Made by a program: the position numbers and the translations under genes. Of a stretch of 45,826 bases of DNA, positions 9,445-19,257 are shown piece after piece. The notes under the pieces were generated by a model, which worked only from the letters and a program-made list of their open reading frames with translations, had not been told where the DNA came from and searched no databases. The stretch comes from Candidatus Heimdallarchaeota archaeon. GTDB lineage: Archaea > Asgardarchaeota > Wukongarchaeia > Wukongarchaeales > JBHIFL01. The stretch spans positions 1 to 45,826 of the forward strand of contig JBHIFL010000033.1 of NCBI GenBank assembly GCA_046761065.1, read 5' to 3'. Positions within the stretch are counted from its first letter, which is position 1, and the number at the start of each line of letters is the position of its first letter.

Positions 9445-10394
9445 CTTACGAGGTCCGTTACGATCTTTGAGATGAAGGCTTTAGAGAGAAGTATTCGAAT
9501 GTTCCACTTCTCTGATATAGCGGGGTAGTCTTCCAGGGCTTCTTCACTAAATGGACCTTTCTCAGATTGTTTGGGGAATGTTATTCTGTTCGAAACATCG
9601 GCGTTCTCATAAATCTCATTGATGAGATTGTTGGAAAACACTTCCCGTCCGGATTCAAAGTTTATCGTGTCAAGGCATGAGCCCAATTCTCTTAATAATC
9701 TACTTTGGCTCGCTCGATTGAGGAGATGCTTCCAATCTAAATCTTCCTTCTTAACTAGGAGGATTGCAATAGCGTCCGTTAAGCCGAATCTATCTTGATT
9801 TTCAAGACCTCTAACAACCACGGCTTCTGGTGACAAATATCTGGCCCCCTGAATAACAACACTATGACCCAGCACATCCTCAGTCAAAGTAGAATGGATA
9901 TGGATGTTCTCTTTAGCAGATTTTTCCGATGGTATATCGTCAATTGCAACTGCAGTGCTCCTCTCGACCAACAATGCAATCCATGTGTTAAGGTCTCTTT
10001 TTCTAACATAGATATCCATTTTGCCCGGTGTTGAATAGTGATGATGCTGATAAGCCGCATATGCATCGCCAATGACATAATCGAGGTGGGAAGCCCTAAG
10101 CTTATCCAAAACCTTACTGCTGATAGCTTTGTTCTGGATCCCAAAGGCTGTTATAGCGCTTTCAGGATCGATGAGTTTGAAAAGTCTTCTTCTGGGGTCA
10201 ATAGGGTCTCTTCTCGAAATCAAGAAGCCCCGATTCTTCAGCCGTGTCAATATATCTGATAAGGCCTTCTTGTCCTCTACTTCTAGCATTTCTTTCGCTT
10301 CATTGTAATCGAATATATTAGATCCCTTACGCAAGTAGATAATAGAGTAGCTTTTTGCCAACCAAGCTGGAATCCACCGCATCTCAACCACCAT
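9441..10394 (-). CDS. Winged-helix plus degenerate NTase-fold protein, putative AbiEi-like antitoxin/autorepressor
   Basis: N-terminal wHTH (LSDILTRLKNRGFLISRRDPIDPRRRLFKL), then YVIGDAYAAY..HY..PGKMDIYV. The start is placed at ATG 10394 (or 10382) because the upstream ORF-track extension is operator repeat sequence. Confidence 0.7.
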   Translation of the reverse strand: MVVEMRWIPAWLAKSYSIIYLRKGSNIFDYNEAKEMLEVEDKKALSDILTRLKNRGFLISRRDPIDPRRRLFKLIDPESAITAFGIQNKAISSKVLDKLRASHLDYVIGDAYAAYQHHHYSTPGKMDIYVRKRDLNTWIALLVERSTAVAIDDIPSEKSAKENIHIHSTLTEDVLGHSVVIQGARYLSPEAVVVRGLENQDRFGLTDAIAILLVKKEDLDWKHLLNRASQSRLLRELGSCLDTINFESGREVFSNNLINEIYENADVSNRITFPKQSEKGPFSEEALEDYPAISEKWNIRILLSKAFISKIVTDLVR

Positions 10395-10446
10395 AGTCAG
10401 GCTATTTACCTGACTATTTAAGATAGTCAGGCTATTTACCTGACTA
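10394..10446. promoter_or_regulatory. Two identical 23-bp palindromic operator-like sites TAGTCAGG-CTATTTA-CCTGACTA
   Basis: Copies at 10394-10416 and 10424-10446 (30-bp period). Each has perfect 8-bp inverted arms, and both lie between a TATA-like box and the start codon. Confidence 0.75.
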
Positions 10447-10460
10447 AAACGATACCACAC

Positions 10461-10476
10461 ATAAATATCTTTCCCT
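10461..10476 (-). promoter_or_regulatory. Putative BRE-TATA promoter of the TA operon
   Basis: The minus strand reads AGGGAAAGATATTTAT. A start site ~25 nt downstream would fall inside the distal operator. Confidence 0.5.
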
Positions 10477-10738
10477 TCCTCTAAATTGCCCTCTAAAGAG
10501 TTGTTGGTGAAGAAAATAAGTAATTTACTTTTCAGTAAATAATCTGGCTAGTTTTGCGCGCGCAGAAGGTTAACTTAAATAATTAATGTGAGCTCTGTAA
10601 CACTCTCCAGATGGAAATTAACGATTATTTACAGTTTTTTGGAGGCTAAGTCGCCCTCCTGCTGGAGATTTTTGAGGAAGCCGGGACAGCCATCACCCCG
10701 ACAAATAGGATATGTGAGGATTAATTACTCACATTGCG

Positions 10739-11077
10739 GATGGTCCTCCAGCCTTCTTCTGGAACCAGAAAGATCCCTTCAATGCCCTCCTTGCCATTGG
10801 GGATAAGATGTATGAACTCATTCCCCAGTAAGAGTACATCTGGGAAACTCATCAACTATCACCAGAACTGTTTACCAAAGAACGGTTGGAAGAAAAGATC
10901 ATTAAGAAAATAGAGAAGCTTGCCAAGCACTAGAAAGCCCGGGCTCAACAATAGGAAACTCCCGCTGTCGCCACGTATGTGCAGACGCGTCAGTTTATCC
11001 ACCTAGAAAAAGAACGCCGACGTTTAGTCAAGCAATGCACAAAACTAAAAAACGAGCAGCACGAACTCCTACACTAA
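10739..11077 (+). pseudogene. Degraded gene, possibly an IS110-family transposase remnant
   Basis: One frame with three internal stops reads KDPFNALLAI...RRRLVKQCTKLKNEQHELL, resembling the IS110 helix R..LV..RT.LKN.IH.LL. Confidence 0.35.
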
Positions 11078-11395
11078 TTACGAGACTCAAACATGTCGTT
11101 CTGGAGACATCATAACCCCCTAACCTCATAAATTTTTTCTCAAAAATTGGAAAGAAATTTATGAAAAAACTAACCACCACCAATCTGGCGCCTTTCAGAA
11201 GGCGTTGATCACAGTTTCTTTAGAAAGAAATTGGAAAAAGTAAATGCCTTCATTATTACTGAAGTCCAGCCTCCTAGGAACACACGGGGTATTGCACAGA
11301 GCAGTGCTTCCCACAAACATAGATTGCCTACTTACGCAAGCCCTCTACCCCCGCTCCGGAAGTCCTAGTTGGGGTGTCAGATCGAACTTCTTCCC

Positions 11396-11551
11396 GAGCC
11401 GACAGAGCATCCCAGCACGACCCCAGACACAGCAACGGACACTGCGACGACGGATACCCCCGCCGCTTTCATTCCAGGGTTTACTTTGGTAGAGTTGCTG
11501 CTTGCCCTTGCTTGCCTAGTTGTTCTGGCACGAAGGGTAACCAAGCGGTAG
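11396..11551 (+). pseudogene. Orphan 3' end of a surface-protein paralog (Thr-rich linker plus PGF-CTERM-like anchor)
   Basis: Near-identical in DNA and protein (TDTATTDTPAAFIPGFTLVEL.LALACLVVLARR) to the end of the 11747-15706 gene, with no upstream gene body. Confidence 0.75.
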
Positions 11552-11746
11552 GTCGGTCAATGGGGGTGAACGGGTGCGATGAGACACATTCGGCCATCCA
11601 AACCTCCGATGGCGGCTTGAATTCCGTACGGTTGCAGAAGGTTTTGCCCATCGTGGACATTTGCACTAAAATTAATTTATTGTATAAATCGTAACAACAT
11701 AATTGTTGGTTAATTTTATAAACTAATTTAATAAGGTGGCTTAAAA

Positions 11747-14700
11747 ATGAACAAGAGAAACTACGTCATAAGCGCGCTAATTATCTGGAGCATGCTTTAT
11801 AGCCTGGCGATCGGGCCGGGTGGGGGGCCGGGTGGGGCAATCCAAGCAGAGGGGGACCGAATCGTAGTGTTAGCCGATGATTGGCCAATATGCTCGGATA
11901 CGCCGTTTGAAATCGCGAATGAACCAACCGCTGAAGGGGATACGCAGTGGAATCGAACCTATGACGTCGTGGGGTTTGGTGCGGTCTGGACGGGGATCCA
12001 GACGGTGGATGGCGGCTTTGCGCTCGCCGGACACGCCTTTTCCTCCGGGACGGACTCCATCGACGCATGGTTGATGAAGACCGATGCCAGCGGAACCATG
12101 GAGTGGCAGCAGACCTATGGTGGCGCTAATTGGGATTTAGCCTACGCAATGATCCAGACGGCAGATGGTGGCTTTGCGCTTGCAGGGTGGACCGAGTCCT
12201 CCGGGACGAGCCACTCGGATTTCTGGCTGGTGAAGACTGATGCCCACGGGGAGATGGAGTGGCAGCAGACCTATGGTGGCTCTGAGGGTGATGTGGCTAA
12301 TGCGGTCATCCAAACGGTGGATGGTGGGTTCGCGCTGGCTGGCTACACCCGGTCTTTTGGGGCGGGCGGCAATGACGCGTGGCTGATGAAGACCAATGCC
12401 CATAGGGAGGTGGAGTGGCAGCAGACCTATGGCGGCGGGGCTGACGATGAAGCCTACGCGGTCATTCAGACAACGGATGGTGGATTTGCGCTCTTCTACG
12501 CGGGCGGAGCGGATAGCTGGTTGGTGAAGATCGATGCTCACGGCAACCAAGAATGGCAGCAGACCTATGATGGTTGGGTCCGGGCGGGGATCCAGACAGC
12601 GGATGGAGGGTTTGCGCTCGCTGGAGGAATTTCATCCTCCGGGGCGGGCCACTCGGACTTCTGGCTGGTGAAGACCGATGCCCACGGGGAGGTGGAGTGG
12701 GAGCAGACCTATGGCGGCGGTGAGGGTGATGTGCTACACGCGGTTATCCAGACGGCGGACGGTGGCTTTGCGCTCGCAGGGGACATTTGGTCCGGCGGAA
12801 AGTACAGTAGTCGAGCGGATGCGTGGCTGGTGAAGACCGATGCCCACGGGGAGATGGAGTGGCAGCAGATCTATAGCGGATCAAAGGGGCATTATGCCTC
12901 CGCGGTCATCCAGACAACGGATGGTGGGCTTGCCCTCGCGGGCTATACCTTCGCCACCTCCCAGTCCCCAGGACCTGGGGGCGCCTGGCTGGTGAAAACT
13001 TTTCTTCCGTGGCACCCCCGGGCCCCCATGCCCACCCCACGGGCCGATCTGGCGGTAGCGGTCGTGAATGAGCGGGTCTATGCGATTGGGGGCTTTAACG
13101 GAATCCAGAATCTGGCGACCATGGAGGAGTATGATCCCGCGACTGACACATGGCGTTCTCGAGCCCCTATGCCTACGGCTCGGGGTTGGCTGGCAGCAAC
13201 AGCAGTGAACGGAAAGATTTACGCGCTTGGGGGCTGGGATGGCACCAATTATCTATCAACTGTAGAGGAGTACGATCCCACGACTAACATTTGGCGATCC
13301 AGGGCCCCCATGCCAACTCATCGGTACGGCCTAGCTGTGGTGGCCGTCGGCGGGCGGATCTACGCGATTGGTGGCCAGAACGAAATCGCGGAGGGGTATC
13401 AAAAGACAGTAGAGGAGTACGATCCCGCGACCAACACTTGGCGCCCCCGAGCCGATATGGCGACCTGCCGGTATGGCTTAGCCGCGGGGGTCGTCCAGGG
13501 CCGGATCTATGCGCTTGGCGGCTTTAATGCAGCTAATAGGGCTATGAAGACAGTAGAAGAATATAATCCCATTCTCAACACCTGGCGCGGTGTGGCCGAT
13601 AAGCCGACAGCCCAAATTAGTTTGGCAGCGGGCGCCGTGGGTGGGCGGCTTTACGCGATCGGGGGCTTGGAAACCAATCCGTCCCCCGTGGAGGAATACG
13701 ATCCGCTCACCGACACGTGGGAGAGCCGAATTCCCTTGCCAACTCCACGTGCCGGACTGGCTGCCGCGGTGGTGCGGGGGCGGCTCTATGCGATTGGGGG
13801 ATATGATGGGAATCGGCGGCTTAGTACAGTAGAAGAGTACGATCCGCCTTTTTATGATACCGATGGGGATGGGTTCGCAGATGATGAGGAGTTACGCTAT
13901 GGCCGAGATCCATTAGTCCCTGAACCAGCCACGGAAACGGACACCGATGGGGATGGGCTCCCGGATATCGAAGAAGTTACCAAATATGGAACCAACCCGT
14001 GGGTTCCCGACATCGAAGCCGACACCGATGGGGATGGACTGACCAATGTGGCGGAGGTCGATCGATACAGGACTAACGCCACGGTTGCGGATACAGACCG
14101 GGATGGATTAGGAGATGGAGTGGAGGTACTCACGTACAAGACCAACCCCTTGGTCACGGACACTGATATGGATGACTTGACCGATGGGGAGGAGGTCACG
14201 ACCTACGAAACAAACCCTACGGTGGCCGATACTGATGGGGACGGACTGTTTGACGGCGAAGAGGTGCTCACGTACGAGACTAATCCCTTGGTCGTGGACA
14301 CCGATGAGGATACATATTCAGATGGGGCGGAGGTGGCCGCAGGAACCAATCCTCAGGATCCGGCAGAATACCCCAGCACGACCACGGGTACGGCAACGGA
14401 TACTGCGACGACGGATGCCCACGGAACGGTGGAGTGGCAGCAGACCTATGGCGGCGCTGAGGGTGATGCAGCTTATGCTGTCATCCAGACGACGGATGGT
14501 GGCTTTGCACTCGCTGGGTGGACTGAATCCTACGGGGCTGGTGATGCTGATTTCTATCTGGTGAAGACCGATGCCCACGGCACTATGGAGTGGCAGCAGA
14601 GATATGGCGGCGCTGAGTCTGAGTGGGCCCGCACGGGGATCCAGACGATGGATGGTGGGTTTGCGCTCGCTGGGTTCACCACTTCCTTCGGGGTGGGCTG

Positions 14701-15706
14701 GTATGACTTCTATTTGGTGAAAACCGATGCCCACGGCACTATGGAATGGCAGCAGACCTATGGCGGCGCTGGGGAAGAGTCAGCCCGGGCGGTGATCCAG
14801 ACAGCAGATGGTGGGTTTGTGCTCGCCGGGTTCACCACTTCCATCGGGGCGGGCGGTCGTGACGGTTGGCTGGTGAAGACGGATGCCCACGGAACGGTGG
14901 AGTGGAATCAGACCTATGGCGGCGCTGAGGGTGATGAGGCTTATGCTGTCATCCAAACGGCGGACGGCGGCTTTGCGCTCGCCGGAGTCACTTCGTCCTT
15001 CGGGACGGGTGATCCTGACATCTGGCTGGTGAAGACCAATGCTGGCGGGGAACTCCTTTGGACGCGGACCTATGGCGGCTCGGAGAATGATGTTGCATTC
15101 TCGGCCATCCAAATGGCGGACGGCGGCTTTGCACTCGCCGGCTACACTATGTCCTTCGGGACGGGTGATCCTGACATCTGGCTGGTAAAGACCGATATAT
15201 ATGGTGAGATGGATTGGCAGCGGACCTATGGTGGTGTGGGGTATGATGTGGCCTGGGCAATGATCCAGACGGCGGATAGTGGGTTTGCGCTCGCTGGGAA
15301 GACCGAAGGGAAGACTGCAGTGATATACCTGAGTGGTGATTTCTGGCTGGTGAAGACGGATGCCCACGGAACGGTGGAGTGGCAGCAGACCTATGGCGGC
15401 GCTGAGGGTAATCAGGCATACGCGGTCATCCAAACGGCGGACGACGGCTTTGCGCTCACCGGTGTTACAGAATCCAACGGAGCGGGTGGTCGTGACGCCT
15501 GGCTAGTGAAGACCATCCCGCCGGAAATTACGCCTCCCGAGCTTTCTGCAACCACCAGTACGACCACGGGTACGGTAACGGGTACGACAACGGATACTGC
15601 AACGACGGATACCCCCGCCGCTTTCATTCCAGGGTTTACCTTGGTCGAGTTGGTGCTTGCCCTTGCTTGTCTTGTTGTTCTGGCACGAAGGAAAACAAAA
15701 CAGTAG
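11747..15706 (+). CDS. Secreted mosaic surface protein: beta-propeller, 6 Kelch repeats, DTDGDG Ca-binding (TSP3-like) repeats, second beta-propeller, PGF-CTERM-like anchor
   Basis: Signal peptide; WQQTYGG...IQTADGGFALAG...WLVKTDAHG repeats; Kelch IYAIGG...VEEYDP..W repeats (~13010-13850); DTDGDGL.D..E repeats (~13855-14360); C-terminal PGF, TM helix and basic tail. Visibly more GC-rich than the core genes. Confidence 0.9.
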   Translation: MNKRNYVISALIIWSMLYSLAIGPGGGPGGAIQAEGDRIVVLADDWPICSDTPFEIANEPTAEGDTQWNRTYDVVGFGAVWTGIQTVDGGFALAGHAFSSGTDSIDAWLMKTDASGTMEWQQTYGGANWDLAYAMIQTADGGFALAGWTESSGTSHSDFWLVKTDAHGEMEWQQTYGGSEGDVANAVIQTVDGGFALAGYTRSFGAGGNDAWLMKTNAHREVEWQQTYGGGADDEAYAVIQTTDGGFALFYAGGADSWLVKIDAHGNQEWQQTYDGWVRAGIQTADGGFALAGGISSSGAGHSDFWLVKTDAHGEVEWEQTYGGGEGDVLHAVIQTADGGFALAGDIWSGGKYSSRADAWLVKTDAHGEMEWQQIYSGSKGHYASAVIQTTDGGLALAGYTFATSQSPGPGGAWLVKTFLPWHPRAPMPTPRADLAVAVVNERVYAIGGFNGIQNLATMEEYDPATDTWRSRAPMPTARGWLAATAVNGKIYALGGWDGTNYLSTVEEYDPTTNIWRSRAPMPTHRYGLAVVAVGGRIYAIGGQNEIAEGYQKTVEEYDPATNTWRPRADMATCRYGLAAGVVQGRIYALGGFNAANRAMKTVEEYNPILNTWRGVADKPTAQISLAAGAVGGRLYAIGGLETNPSPVEEYDPLTDTWESRIPLPTPRAGLAAAVVRGRLYAIGGYDGNRRLSTVEEYDPPFYDTDGDGFADDEELRYGRDPLVPEPATETDTDGDGLPDIEEVTKYGTNPWVPDIEADTDGDGLTNVAEVDRYRTNATVADTDRDGLGDGVEVLTYKTNPLVTDTDMDDLTDGEEVTTYETNPTVADTDGDGLFDGEEVLTYETNPLVVDTDEDTYSDGAEVAAGTNPQDPAEYPSTTTGTATDTATTDAHGTVEWQQTYGGAEGDAAYAVIQTTDGGFALAGWTESYGAGDADFYLVKTDAHGTMEWQQRYGGAESEWARTGIQTMDGGFALAGFTTSFGVGWYDFYLVKTDAHGTMEWQQTYGGAGEESARAVIQTADGGFVLAGFTTSIGAGGRDGWLVKTDAHGTVEWNQTYGGAEGDEAYAVIQTADGGFALAGVTSSFGTGDPDIWLVKTNAGGELLWTRTYGGSENDVAFSAIQMADGGFALAGYTMSFGTGDPDIWLVKTDIYGEMDWQRTYGGVGYDVAWAMIQTADSGFALAGKTEGKTAVIYLSGDFWLVKTDAHGTVEWQQTYGGAEGNQAYAVIQTADDGFALTGVTESNGAGGRDAWLVKTIPPEITPPELSATTSTTTGTVTGTTTDTATTDTPAAFIPGFTLVELVLALACLVVLARRKTKQ

Positions 15707-15775
15707 AGTCGATGGGACATAAGGCAATCCCTTCCCACCCACTTTAGAGGAGTTGGGGAAGGTATGAACGCATTC

Positions 15776-16219
15776 TTAGACATGATTGGGGTGTGCAAAT
15801 CGAATACACACACCTTTTGGTTTAACATCTAATAATTGGAGGAGATCGGCAATAAACGGCGCACGAACTGGTTCTTCACCCCAATATCTCTCGATTTGAC
15901 TAACCCACGTTTTGAAGGTGGGGTCCTCAAGGGAGAAGAGGAGAAAAATCCCAAATAACCGTACATGTTGGGATTCATCGTGAAGGAACGGGAAGAGTAC
16001 CGGCGCCATCTGCTCGACCGGTGCCTGTTTCAGCTGCGCCATCACATAAACCGCAATAAGGTCGACTAGCGGGATGGTCTCGGCGCGCTCGAGGTTGTGA
16101 ACGTCGATTTGGTGCTCATGGACAATGGTGGCTAGAACCGTCAAAACTGCCCTAACTCGATCGGATCCACTTGGAGAAACGCCAACTCGCGGCGTAGGGA
16201 GACGAGGAACTGCCCTCAT
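15776..16219 (-). CDS. Hypothetical protein with one HEAT-like motif
   Basis: 147-aa ATG ORF containing LFPFLHDESQHVRLFGIFLL. Confidence 0.45.
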   Translation of the reverse strand: MRAVPRLPTPRVGVSPSGSDRVRAVLTVLATIVHEHQIDVHNLERAETIPLVDLIAVYVMAQLKQAPVEQMAPVLFPFLHDESQHVRLFGIFLLFSLEDPTFKTWVSQIERYWGEEPVRAPFIADLLQLLDVKPKGVCIRFAHPNHV

Positions 16220-16992
16220 TATTACTGAAGAGCGACTTGAATCAACCGGATGAACTCCACATCGCTGACCCCTCCTGGTAAAAAATCAACGTTTATCCAC
16301 AAACCTACTGGGTCTCCACTCAAAATAGCAGGTCTAAAAGCGAGACGATAAATGAAAAAGCTGACACCGCAAAAATGAGCCTGCAAAAACAAAACCATAG
16401 ACGAGGATCAGTATACCTCATGAACCACTCTACTACCCACTTTCCTGTTTTAGACAACAATCTTCCCTTCCCTTACTATTATTGGTTGGGGACACCGGTT
16501 AAGGGAAGATTTGTGCATTGTATTTCTTATATGTTCTCCACCACTTAAACAAGCTGTAGAACGCGAATGCCAAAAATGCCAAAGCAATTAGTGACCCTGT
16601 TTTAGAGGAAGTGAAATGCAGAACCCAAGCTCTAAAAAGATGAACAAGCCAACTGTGAGTTGCCACCTTCTTGTCTCGTGAAAAAACCCCGTATGCTTTT
16701 CTCGGACATGCTTTCTATCAAACCAGGGCAATTGTTCTCCGCAAACCGGACAACGTGGCATGAGGAATCATCATCAAATACATTGGAAATAAAACTATTA
16801 AAATTTTATGCAGGCAACGCCCCATATTTTGAGCTATTCATTCTCTTCCGTCCGATTTGTAAATCTCGAATTAATTGCTCTGATGGCAATTGTAGGGAAG
16901 CTCAACACTTTGCCCATTGCGGTAACGAAACTACTCCAATAACTTTTTAATGGGGCCTGAGGAGGGAACGTGGAGTAAAGGACGGAAAGCTC

Positions 16993-17510
16993 TTGCGATT
17001 TATGGTTGGCTATGACATTAACGAGTTCAAGAGATACTACAGAACGCTTAGAGATTTTCGTGATTACTTCAAAACGCGTGGACAGCTAAATATTAATGTT
17101 GAAGAGCTCGGTGCTGCAGAGGAAGCTCTAATCAGGAGAGACCCTATTCACCTCATTATTTGGAAAAAGAACGATAAGATCATTGGTCATGCAATCTGGC
17201 ATGAAATGAGCACGGATGAACACCAGAAGGGAAACCTTAGAGACGAAGAAGACCGGAAGATACTTAGAAGACTAATTGGAGGGAAAAAACCAACATTGTT
17301 GAGCTTCATGAAGTCTGACTGAAGACGGAGTATAGAGGGAGAAGGTATGGGAAAACATTCTTTAAATTCTTTGAGGAGTTTATCAAAAGCCGAGGGTATG
17401 CCGCAATTGTGTACTATACCGACAATCCTACGACCATAGCTCATGCAGAAAGCGAGGGTACACAGAAGCCATTCTCAAAAAAAGAATTGGCATGTCTTCT
17501 GTTTAAACTG
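16993..17510 (+). pseudogene. GNAT acetyltransferase pseudogene
   Basis: After a frameshift near the A-run at 17284-17289, another frame reads NIVELHEV*LKTEYRGRRYGKTFF..FEEFIKSRGY (GNAT motif A), with TGA at 17316-17318. The end coordinate is approximate. Confidence 0.65.
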
Positions 17511-17780
17511 CGTAGCAAGATGATCCCGTTCACATCTGAGCTCTTTCCCTGGGAATAGCCAATCAACAAGTGAAAATTCCCCTCAAGAACTATCAGGCAG
17601 ATCATGGAGGGGGATGGTCTCAACCGTACTTGAAAAAATCCCTTGGGTGAGGGAGTACTAGGAAACGGTCAAGTTCTACATGTTCATTGAATTTCAAGAT
17701 ATTGACCTGAAAAGGTGGTGTGAGAGGTGCATTGAAAGAATGCTTTAAAATGTCGAAGGGAGAGTTTTTACCGTGATTTT

Positions 17781-18722
17781 ATGGTAACCCTACCAGATAA
17801 ACAATCAGAACGACCTGCAGTGTCTCTAAGACTTAAAAGGGTTGGCATCAGAGGGGTGAAGAAACAAATTAGACGCGTTTCCCACAATAATGATGGGGTT
17901 CTAAATGTAACTATCGACGTATATGTTGATCTAACCCCGGATTTCCGAGGTAGTCACATGTCGCGGAATATGGAGGTCATCGATGAGATCATTGAGAAGG
18001 CGACCCAGTCGGGTTATGTGGATATAGAGCTGCTGGCACTTGATATAGCGAAGAGAATCCTGGATATCCAGGATAAAGCCACACGTGCAGAAGTTAACCT
18101 GCAGGCAGACTATCCGTTGTATCGGAAAACGCCAGTGAGCGGGAGAGAAGTTCAAGCAATTCACAAGATCTTCGCAAGAGCCGAGTTGGAAAATACACCC
18201 GAAACGATTGAGGGGTCAAAAACCATCGGAGTGACCGTGACCGGAGTCACAGCGTGTCCTTGCGGGAAAGAGTTGATCAAAGAGTATACGAGAACTCGCC
18301 TTCAAGAAAAAGAACTGGATAATGGACTAATCGGAGAAATTCTAGAGAGTATCCCGCTCGCAACTCACCTGCAACGTGGAGTCGGCTCCCTTTCAGTAAA
18401 AACACGACTTGATTCGCGGGTCGATGCGGACGACTTAATTGAGATTGTAGAAAATGCTATGTCTGCACCGATCTTTGAGATTTTAAAACGAAACGACGAG
18501 CAATCACTAGTAATACAAGCCGTAACACATCCACGATTCGTCGAAGATAGTGTCAGATCAATGCTCAAACAATTTGCTGAAAAATTCAGAGGTATCCTCC
18601 CAGAGGATACACTGATCACAGCTAAGCAAATCAATCAAGAAAGTGTCCATCAACATGATGCATTCGCGGAGGAAGTCATCTTGTTAAAAGATCTACTCGA
18701 GGGGCTCAAAAAAAATGCATGA
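17781..18722 (+). CDS. mptA: GTP cyclohydrolase MptA/FolE2 family
   Basis: LPD.Q, RG.HMSR, TACPC, H.QRG, LKR.DE, FVED.VR and ES.H.HDA motifs. Confidence 0.9.
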   Translation: MVTLPDKQSERPAVSLRLKRVGIRGVKKQIRRVSHNNDGVLNVTIDVYVDLTPDFRGSHMSRNMEVIDEIIEKATQSGYVDIELLALDIAKRILDIQDKATRAEVNLQADYPLYRKTPVSGREVQAIHKIFARAELENTPETIEGSKTIGVTVTGVTACPCGKELIKEYTRTRLQEKELDNGLIGEILESIPLATHLQRGVGSLSVKTRLDSRVDADDLIEIVENAMSAPIFEILKRNDEQSLVIQAVTHPRFVEDSVRSMLKQFAEKFRGILPEDTLITAKQINQESVHQHDAFAEEVILLKDLLEGLKKNA

Positions 18723-19257
18723 ACAATCAAATTCGCTTAGTGAACAAGATGGGGAATTAAATCCTTCTGGTGTTTCACAAAAAAATGATTCGAGCAAACG
18801 GGGTTATGAAATCAGAATAACGCACTCATCTTTAAAGTTTAGTAGTGCCCATTTCCTCATAGATCACGAAAAATGTGGGTACTTGCATGGGCATAATTAC
18901 TATGTGTCGCTACTCATAACTGGACCAATCCGGGAGAGTGCGATGCTCATCGATTTTATCCAACTAAAGAAGCTGGTTAGGGAGGAATGCGCCCAGTTAG
19001 ATCATAAGATACTGATTCCGCTCTGTTCGCCTTATCTCGAGATTGCAACCACGGAGAAATCTATCAAGATCAAAGCCTCGAATAAATTTTACATGTTCCC
19101 ACGTGAGGATTGTGCCCTCTTAGACCTCGAAGCAGTTACAAGCGAGCTGCTTGCGTTCTATTGTTGGAGGGCGTTAGCCCCCCACCTACCAGGCAAACGT
19201 TTTTCGGTGTTCATTGAAGAAACCCCTGGTGCTGTTGCTAAATATGGGGACATTTAA
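18715..19257 (+). CDS. queD: 6-carboxytetrahydropterin synthase QueD / PTPS family
   Basis: FSSAH, C..LHGHNY, IDF..LK, LDHK, TSE.LA and EETPG motifs. Overlaps mptA by 8 bp. Confidence 0.85.
   Translation: MHEQSNSLSEQDGELNPSGVSQKNDSSKRGYEIRITHSSLKFSSAHFLIDHEKCGYLHGHNYYVSLLITGPIRESAMLIDFIQLKKLVREECAQLDHKILIPLCSPYLEIATTEKSIKIKASNKFYMFPREDCALLDLEAVTSELLAFYCWRALAPHLPGKRFSVFIEETPGAVAKYGDI

Noticed and set aside
10394-10446. Tandem palindromic repeats as a mini-CRISPR array
   Set aside because: Only two copies with a 7-bp gap and no cas genes. Their position over a promoter fits operators.
10395-10460. ORF-track N-terminal extension with duplicated SQVNSLT
   Set aside because: It is the translation of the operator repeats. 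The real start is more likely 10394 or 10382.
11945-15515. Near-identical DNA repeats as a CRISPR array or DGR template/variable repeats
   Set aside because: They are in-frame propeller-blade repeats, differences are not adenine-specific, and no reverse transcriptase is present.
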